Positions 60,801-64,000 of a DNA stretch of 64,000 bases are shown here, one piece after another. The stretch is from Marsupella aquatica. Its lineage: Eukaryota > Plantae > Marchantiophyta. Both the position numbers and the translations under genes were made by a program. The stretch spans positions 11,667,958 to 11,731,957 of the forward strand of contig OZ316895.1 in NCBI GenBank assembly GCA_973895155.1, in the 5' to 3' direction. The notes beneath the pieces are model-generated. The model was not told the origin of the DNA, did no database searches, and was given only the letters and a program-made list of their open reading frames with translations. Position 1 is the first letter of the stretch, and each line of letters begins with the position of its first letter.

Positions 60801-63800
60801 ATCGAATTTAATGTCATCGTGAACATCGTTCTGCTATTCTATTAGTCGAAGAGACACTGTCAATTCCAAAATCTCTGAGACAGGACTTGAACGCAGAAAG
60901 TGAAACACTAAAGGAATGTGTGAAGATACGTGGAAGCAACATTAGAAATCTACGAAAATGCGACTTTCTTAGAAGAGGAGTGCTTACGTAGACTTAGTAT
61001 GGAAGCATGATTGTACACTAGGGACATTCGCCAAAGTCCGAAAGGGAACAAATTCAGTCGCACTTGTGATTCTCTTGGGATAAATAGTGATAATTGAGTT
61101 GGGTATGTGGACAGGCGCTCGGTTCAGGATTTTCACACTATGCCGAACCTGTGTTTGTAAGGTGTATCAATCTTATAAGAACACAAGAGCTTGCAAAGGT
61201 GAGCATCTAAGGGTCAATTAAAGTAATATCGAAGCTGTTAGCATACAAGGTTTTCTATGAGTAAGATTACATGAACCGGCCAAATTGTTTTCATTGCTCT
61301 GCCTGCGTGGCGGATGATGACGTCTTTTGTTCTATTTGGCACTCCCGGAAACTTTTTGCATATTTTTGGCTGTAAAACGGTACAATGAATGACTCTCAGA
61401 GATTTTGTATGTGTTGCGTTATCTAGATCTATCGCGGGGATGATAATCCCACAGATTTTCATTCTTTTGTTTCATCCTTGCAGGCTGATCCGGGAAGGGC
61501 AGGAGTAGCTTATGATAAAGAGTTCATCGTTTGCTCCTTGGATTTGCTGTCTGGCCTTGCTGAGGGTCTCGGTACCAGCATTGAAAGTTTGGTATGACGC
61601 GTTTCCTTCGTTTCTTTGTTTCTTTATTGCTATTCGGCAAACACACGCACAGTCCTTAGCTACTGGAAGGTTCATTGATCCTGAAAAAACTCCGGTATGT
61701 CGAATTCAACCAGGTGTCAAGAAGTGATCTAAGGGATCTTCTTCTTCAATGCTGTGCGGATGAGGCAGCTGATGTTCGTCAGAGTGCTTTGGCTCTGCTA
61801 GGAGACCTTGCGAAGGTGCGGGAATGGGAAACCTTTCTTTGTGATGGAAAAATAATAGAGTTTGAGTTTTTTTGATAAGTCTAAGGCATCAAATACCGTG
61901 CAGCATGGCAAGTCACTTGTACGCAAATTGTTTTTGTGAAGTATTTTGTTGAGAAAGATTATTTTCTGAAGATCGGTCCCAGTTATGTGCGAGAGTGGAG
62001 CTTGTCATGGACTCCACTAGTAGTTGTGCTATATGAAGTTGACCGGTAGTATCTTTTGACAGGCATGTGCAGTGCATTTGCAACCACATTTGCCGGAATT
62101 TCTCAATCTAGCCGCCAAGCAGCTGGTACAGTTTTTCTCTCCTTCCTTGCCGAAGATTGTATTAAAGTTAAGTGGACGTATAACCCACTACTTGAGATGG
62201 ACCAACGAAGACTTCAGAACTGTCTAATGACACAATTGTACCGTCACAGGGATTGGCTTCGAGATTGGAATTTTACTGGTATTTGAGGTTTTACTTCCTC
62301 TGTAGGTATATTGTAGGTCTCTAAGTTGCAGCAGTTGTTTGTGTGTGAGTTCAGCAGGTTGCAGAAGTGAAAGACAATGTGTCGGTAGCGAACAATGCAT
62401 GCTGGGCCATCGGCGAAGTTGCTGTCAAGGTTGTTATGGTTCACTTCTTACCTTCGCAGCTAATGTTTCTTCTGAAAATTGAAGTCTAACTCCTCTTTTG
62501 ATAATTTGATAGCTTTACTGACTTAAACCTGTCTGTTGTGAGTGGTTGCAGGTTAGACAAGAAATTGCGCCTGTTGTGATGAATGTAATCACCTGCTTGG
62601 TGCCGATCCTAACCAATTCTGAGGTTAGTCAGACTGTTTCCCTGAGTAACGCATGTTGCGGTTAGGTATTGCTTCACGGTGGTTGTTTGTGCAACATTTG
62701 AGGTCAATCACCTCTTCAAATTATTGGCCTCATGTATGGAACAGGCTATAGATTTATCAGTTTATTCTTGATCGATTCATTTCAGCTGGAGCGGTTGTTT
62801 TTGCGACGATACGGTTCTAATTATTTTTAAGTATTGCTTATTGAAATCAATGGATGTGGTCGCAGGGTCTTAACAAATCATTGTTAGAGAACAGTGCAAT
62901 CACGTTAGGAAGGCTGGGATGGGTGTGTCCAGAGCTGGTAGCTCCACATATGGACCACTTTATGCTTGCTTGGTGCCATGCACTCCGCTCGTAAGGGCCA
63001 GACTTCTTAACTTTCACTCCTGAGTCATTTAAACCCCAATTGTCCTTCCTGTATTGGATGACCGCTGAATGCTGCATTTGATACTACTTCACAACTCGTT
63101 GGCTTTTGCAAGAAAATTGCGAAGAGGGGTGCTTTCTGACTAGTGTATTGCACAGTTTGAATCCGTCAAGAGTGGCTTTCAGATGTTCGTTGACAATCAC
63201 ATATATTTGTAGGAGAGAGACCAACCTACTTATTCCTTAGTTTGCATTAAGAAAACAAAAACTGAAAATGTGCCGTAGGATACGGGACGACGTTGAGAAG
63301 GAGGATGCCTTCAGGGGTCTTTGTGCTATGGTAAGGAAACTTTCACTCCGATGGCATGATTTAATTGGTATATGTGACGGTTGGATCTTTCGAATGCCGA
63401 GACTTTGAATTAACGAGCTGCACGACAGAGACGTATATGTAGCGATGAAGTTCACAATCTTGTACATCTTTAGTTGGGGATTGAGGCAGATGTGGTTATA
63501 GAACAAAATAACTTTTATGGATAGCTAAACAACTATGACTGAGCGATATTTTTGAAGTACCGACATTTTTCGTCGTTGACAATTGTCTTTTTTAATCAGG
63601 TACGATTGAATCCTGGTAGTGCCGTGAGCGCCTTTGTGCCGATGTGTGAAGCTATTGGTAGCTGGCATGTAAGTTGTGTGTTTTAATTCTGCAATGATCA
63701 GGTTTGAAAAATTAGATCTGTCGTAGATGATAATGTTTTCATTCGTGGTTAGTGACCAATTATCTTTGGTTGACTGTTGTGTTATCGATGTACTAGTGTT

Positions 63801-63952
63801 TGGCTGTGGGCCGGCGGTAAGGCGAGAGGCCTCGTTGTCATTCCTATTGGGTGCTAATGGTTATGAACTGCATGTTCTGTATTTGCGAACAGGAAATACG
63901 AAGCTCTGACTTGCGGACTGAAATTGCTGGAGTCCTGCATGGCTACAAACAG
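54820..63952 (+). CDS. TRN1: Transportin-1 (importin-beta2/Karyopherin-beta2), multi-exon, 3' end beyond the window
   Basis: Exon 1 54820-54993 (EICGLL...[12 protein letters not shown]) and exon 2 55615-55902 ([13 protein letters not shown]...[10 protein letters not shown]). Later exons include [17 protein letters not shown] and the acidic H8 loop DDDEAL...PDRDQ|DLKPRFH...[15 protein letters not shown]. Then [90 protein letters not shown] and [10 protein letters not shown]. The last visible exon ends at 63952. Confidence 0.95.
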
Positions 63953-64000
63953 GTGTGATGTCTGTTTGAAATTACCTTTGTGCGTGTCTGGAGCTTAAAA

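Overview
Eukaryotic land-plant genomic DNA. The spliceosomal introns, plant TE families and protein style suggest a bryophyte, possibly a liverwort (inference). The first ~15 kb is a nested transposon stack. An apparently intact CACTA (En/Spm) element runs from upstream of the window to its right TIR at 10383. It sits in an intron of a second CACTA family's TnpA-like gene (right TIR at 13433), which in turn interrupts the gag of a Copia LTR retrotransposon (PBS 14919-14930, 5' LTR ~14933-15255). Besides spliced TnpD-like and TnpA-like genes, the first CACTA carries an uninterrupted ORF (784-1443) encoding a stand-alone EDM2-type composite PHD-finger module. Its TnpA-like protein begins with a 'YEEARNRNIEHNVRIMRDLGL' helix resembling the CDCA7-type HELLS/DDM1-binding helix. 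Together these are the best candidate for an undescribed transposon-encoded chromatin-reading or anti-silencing system. The 15-31 kb region holds decayed TEs (LINE relic, MITEs, solo LTR, small tandem repeats). Two host genes are divergently arranged. A MOS1/PRRC2(BAT2)-like gene lies on the minus strand (32821-41131, ~2024 aa, uORFs in its predicted leader). Transportin-1 (TRN1) lies on the plus strand from 54820 and runs past the window end. The ~10 kb between them contains Tourist-end tandem arrays, a foldback element with two perfect long hairpins and a solo LTR, and a purine-rich tandem array ending in a G-quadruplex-like motif.
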